Shown here: in pieces, positions 60,466 to 64,000 of the stretch
Layout: the number at the start of each line of letters is the position of its first letter
Position numbering within the stretch: position 1 is the stretch's first letter
From: Bugula neritina
Taxonomy: Eukaryota; Animalia; Bryozoa
Length of the DNA: 64,000 nucleotides
Direction of reading: 5' to 3'
NCBI GenBank assembly: GCA_964035545.1
Contig: OZ037767.1
Span: forward strand, 18,072,259 to 18,136,258
Position numbers and translations under genes: made by a program
Notes under the pieces: model-generated
The model's database searches: none
Told to the model about the DNA's origin: nothing
Seen by the model: the letters and a program-made list of their open reading frames with translations, nothing else

Positions 60466-63400
60466 ACATACTGCAACATGCTGGAACATACAGCGAAACA
60501 TTGAAAAATACTGCAACATACTGCAATATACTGAAATATAATGCAAGATACTGCAACATACTGAAATACACTGTGACATACTGAGATACACTGCAACATA
60601 CCGCAACATACTGAAATACACTGTAACTTATTGAAATACACTGCAACACATTGAAATATACTGCAACACACCGAAACATACGGCAACATACTGAAATGTA
60701 CTGCACCATACTGAAATACACTGTAATATACTGAATTACACTGTAACATACTGCAACATACTGAAATACGCTGTAACATATTGAAATACACTGCAACACA
60801 TTGAAATATACTGTAACTCACTGAAATATAGTGTAATCAACGGAAATGTACTGTAACATACTGAAACATACTGAACCATACTGAAACATACTAAAATATA
60901 CTGGAGCATACCGAAACGTACTGCAACATACTGAAATATACTGCGAGATACTGCAACATACTGAAATACACTGTAACATACTGAAATACACTGCAACATA
61001 CTGCAACATACTGTAACATACTGAATTACAGTGTAACATATTGAAACACACTGCAATACATTGAAATATACTGCAACACACTGAAACATACTGCAATATA
61101 CTGAAATATACTGCAACATATGGAACTGTATCGTAATATATGGACATGTACTGTAACATACTGAAACATACCGAAACATACTGAAATATACTGGAACATA
61201 CCGGAACATACTGCAACATAATGAAATATACTGTACCAAACTTAAATATACGGCAAAATACTGGAATATACTGTAACACACTGAAATATACTGCAACATA
61301 TTGAAATACACTGTAACATAATGAAATATACTGCAACATACTGCAACATACTGCAACATACTGAAATACACTGTAACATACTGAAATACACTGCAACATA
61401 CTACAACATATTGAAATACACTGCAACACATTGAAATATACTGCAACATACCTAAATATATGGTAATATACTGAAATATACTGTAACATACTGAAATATA
61501 CTGCAAGATACTGCAAGATACTGCAACATACTGAAATGCACTTTAACATACTGAAATACACTGCAACATACTGACTTATACTGACATACACTGGAACATA
61601 TTGGAATACACTGCAACAAATTGAAGTATGCTGCAACACACTGAAACATACGGCAACATGCTGAAACATACAGCGACACATTGAAATATACTGCAACATA
61701 CTGCAATATACGGAAATATAATGCAAGATACTGCATCATACCGAAATACACTGTGACATACTGAGATACACTGCAACATACTGCAAAATACTGAAATACA
61801 CTGTAACTTATTGAAATACACTGCAACACATTGAAATATACTGCAACACACCGAAACATACGGCAACATACTGAAATATGATGTAGCATACTGAAATACA
61901 CTGCAACACACTGAAGTATACTGTAATATACACAAATGTACTGTTACAAACTGAAACATACGTCAACATACTGAAATGTACTGCACCATACTGAAATACA
62001 CTGTAATATACTGAATTACACTGCAACGTACTGCAACATACTGAAATACGCTGTAACATATTGAAATACACTGCAACACATTGAAATATACTGTAACTCA
62101 CTGAAATATAGCGTAATCAACGGAAATGTACTGTAACATACCGAAACATACTGAAACATACTGAAACATACTAAAATATACTGGAGCATACCGAAACGTA
62201 CTGCAACATACTGAAATATACTGCGAGATACTGCAACATACTGAAATACACTGTAACATACTGAAATACACTGCAACATACTGAAACATACCGAAACATA
62301 CTAAAATATACTGGAACATACCGGAACATACTGCAACATAATGAAATATACTGTACCAAACTGAAATATATGGCAAAATACTGGAATATACTGTAACACA
62401 CTGAAATATACTGCAACATATTGAAATACACTGTAACATAATGAAATATACTGCAACATACTGCAACATACTGCAACATACTGAAATACACTGTAACATA
62501 CTGAAATACACTGCAACATACTACAACATATTGAAATACACTGCAACACATTGAAATATACTGCAACATACCTAAATATATGGTAATATACTGAAATATA
62601 CTGTAACATACTGAAATATACTGCAACATACTGAAATAAACTGTAACATACTGAAATACACTGCAAAATACTGAAATACACTGCCACATACTGAAATATA
62701 CTGCAAGATACTGCAACATACTGAAATACAGTGTAGCATACTGAAATACACTGCAACATGCTGCATTATACTGACATACACTGGAACGTATTGAAATACA
62801 TTGCAACACATTGAAATATACTGTAACTCACTGAAATAAAGTGTAATCAACGGAAATGTACTGTAACATACTGAAACATACTGAAACATACTAAAATATA
62901 CTGGAGCATACCGAAACGTACTGCAACATACTGAAATATACTGCGAGATACTGCAACATACTGAAATACACTGTAACATACTGAAATACACTGCAACATA
63001 CTGCAACATACTGTAACATACTGAATTACAGTGTAACATATTGAAACACACTGCAATACATTGAAATATACTGCAACACACTGAAACATACTGCAATATA
63101 CTGAAATATACTGCAACATATGGAACTGTATCGTAATATACGGACATGCACTGTAACATACTGAAACATACCGAAACATACTGAAATATACTGGAACATA
63201 CCGGAACATACTGCAACATAATGAAATATACTGTACCAAACTGAAATATACGGCAAAATACTGGAATATACTGTAACACACTGAAATATACTGCAACATA
63301 TTGAAATACACTGTAACATAATGAAATATACTGCAACATACTGCAACATACTGCAACATACTGAAATACACTGTAACATACTGAAATACACTGCAACATA

Positions 63401-64000
63401 CTACAACGTATTGAAATACACTGCAACACATTGAAATATACTGCTACATACCTAAATATATGGTAATATACTGAAATATACTGTAACATACTGAAATATA
63501 CTGCAAGATACTGCAACATACTGAAATGCACTTTAACATACTGAAATACACTGCAACATACTGACTTATACTGACATACACTGGAACATATTGAAATACA
63601 CTGCAACAAATTGAAGTATGCTGCAACACACTGAAGCATACGGCAACATGCTGAAACATACAGCGACACATTGAAATATACTGCAACATACTGCAATATA
63701 CGGAAATATAATGCAAGATACTGCATCATACCGAAATACACTGTGACATACTGAGATACACTGCAACATACTGCAAAATACTGAAATACACTGTAACTTA
63801 TTGAAATACACTGCAACACATTGAAATATACTGCAACACACCGAAACATACGGCAACATACTGAAATATGATGTAGCATACTGAAATACACTGCAACACA
63901 CTGAAGTATACTGTAATATACACAAATGTACTGTTACAAACTGAAACATACATCAACATACTGAAATGTACTGCACCATACTGAAATACACTGTAATATA
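59530..64000 (+). repeat. 3170-bp offset repeat at the 3' end, including the 1170-bp internal repeat; continues beyond the window
   Basis: gcaagatactgcaacatactgaaatacagtgtagcata occurs at ~59533 and ~62703. ORF pairs 59677/62847, 59856/63026 and 60396/63566 are offset by 3170. The same 3170 spacing is seen at 27431/30601. Confidence 0.8.

Larger units (their letters stand above)
1..64000 (+). repeat. Tandem satellite DNA array: 10-bp monomer with loose 20-bp dimer, consensus ATACTGAAAT-AYACTGYAAC (reverse complement of the T/C form: GTTGCAGTATATTTCAGTAT). About 6,400 monomers in a single orientation, running off both window ends.
   Basis: Every line is made of 10-mer variants around an ACTG core followed by AAAT, AAAC, CAAC or TAAC. 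No unique sequence was seen. The + strand is strongly A/C-rich and G-poor: the 20-mer ATACTGAAATATACTGCAAC has 9 A, 5 T, 4 C and 2 G. Confidence 0.99.

Noticed and set aside
171-63949. Hundreds of minus-strand ORFs (60-472 aa), which might be read as Cys-rich or membrane proteins
   Set aside because: They overlap in all three frames with the same low-complexity peptide. The 10-bp period is not a codon multiple, no domain is recognisable, and openness follows directly from the stop-free consensus.
1-64000. CRISPR array or other repeat-spacer system
   Set aside because: There are no unique spacers; everything between landmarks is the same decamer family. No cas-like or other real gene is present.
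1-64000. Telomerase-synthesised telomeric repeat
   Set aside because: There are no G-runs on either strand, and the heavy monomer divergence is inherited in kb-scale blocks, which points to recombinational amplification rather than templated addition. A subtelomeric location cannot be excluded.
1-64000. Intact transposon or retroelement insertions, large inversions, rRNA or tRNA genes
   Set aside because: No non-satellite stretch longer than about 5 bp was seen, and the orientation never switches: all ORFs stay on the minus strand throughout.
1-64000. Antigenic-variation cassette library or combinatorial code of monomer variants
   Set aside because: Variant order is explained by nested duplications and in-register deletions. 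There is no expression site, conserved reading frame or recombinase signature.
1-64000. Assignment to a named satellite family, species or centromere
   Set aside because: I cannot confidently recognise the monomer. This needs a database search and chromatin data.

Overview
The whole 64 kb window is one uninterrupted, head-to-tail tandem satellite array of about 6,400 10-bp monomers. Two variant classes, ATACTGAAAT and AYACTGYAAC, mostly alternate to give a loose 20-bp unit, ATACTGAAATAYACTGYAAC. I can support no genes, RNA genes, CRISPR arrays or intact mobile elements. The many minus-strand ORFs are a by-product of a consensus that has no stop codon on that strand. The informative structure is a nested, changing set of higher-order repeats (HORs), with offsets of 5210/2060/7270 bp (1-13.4 kb), 4587 bp (13.4-22.6 kb), 1170 and 3170 bp, 3352 within 8348 bp (31.5-49.9 kb), 5922 bp (49.6-60.5 kb), and a ~4.6 kb block that recurs 32.1 kb later. 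The 10-bp register is broken by only five distinct indel events. One of them, TA to TA-GCC-TA (16 copies), has the geometry of a cut-and-paste transposon excision footprint. The sequence looks like eukaryotic heterochromatic or centromere-type satellite, but organism and function cannot be determined from it. HOR offsets come from matched ORF-track coordinates and landmark variants checked by eye, so boundaries are approximate to within tens of bp.
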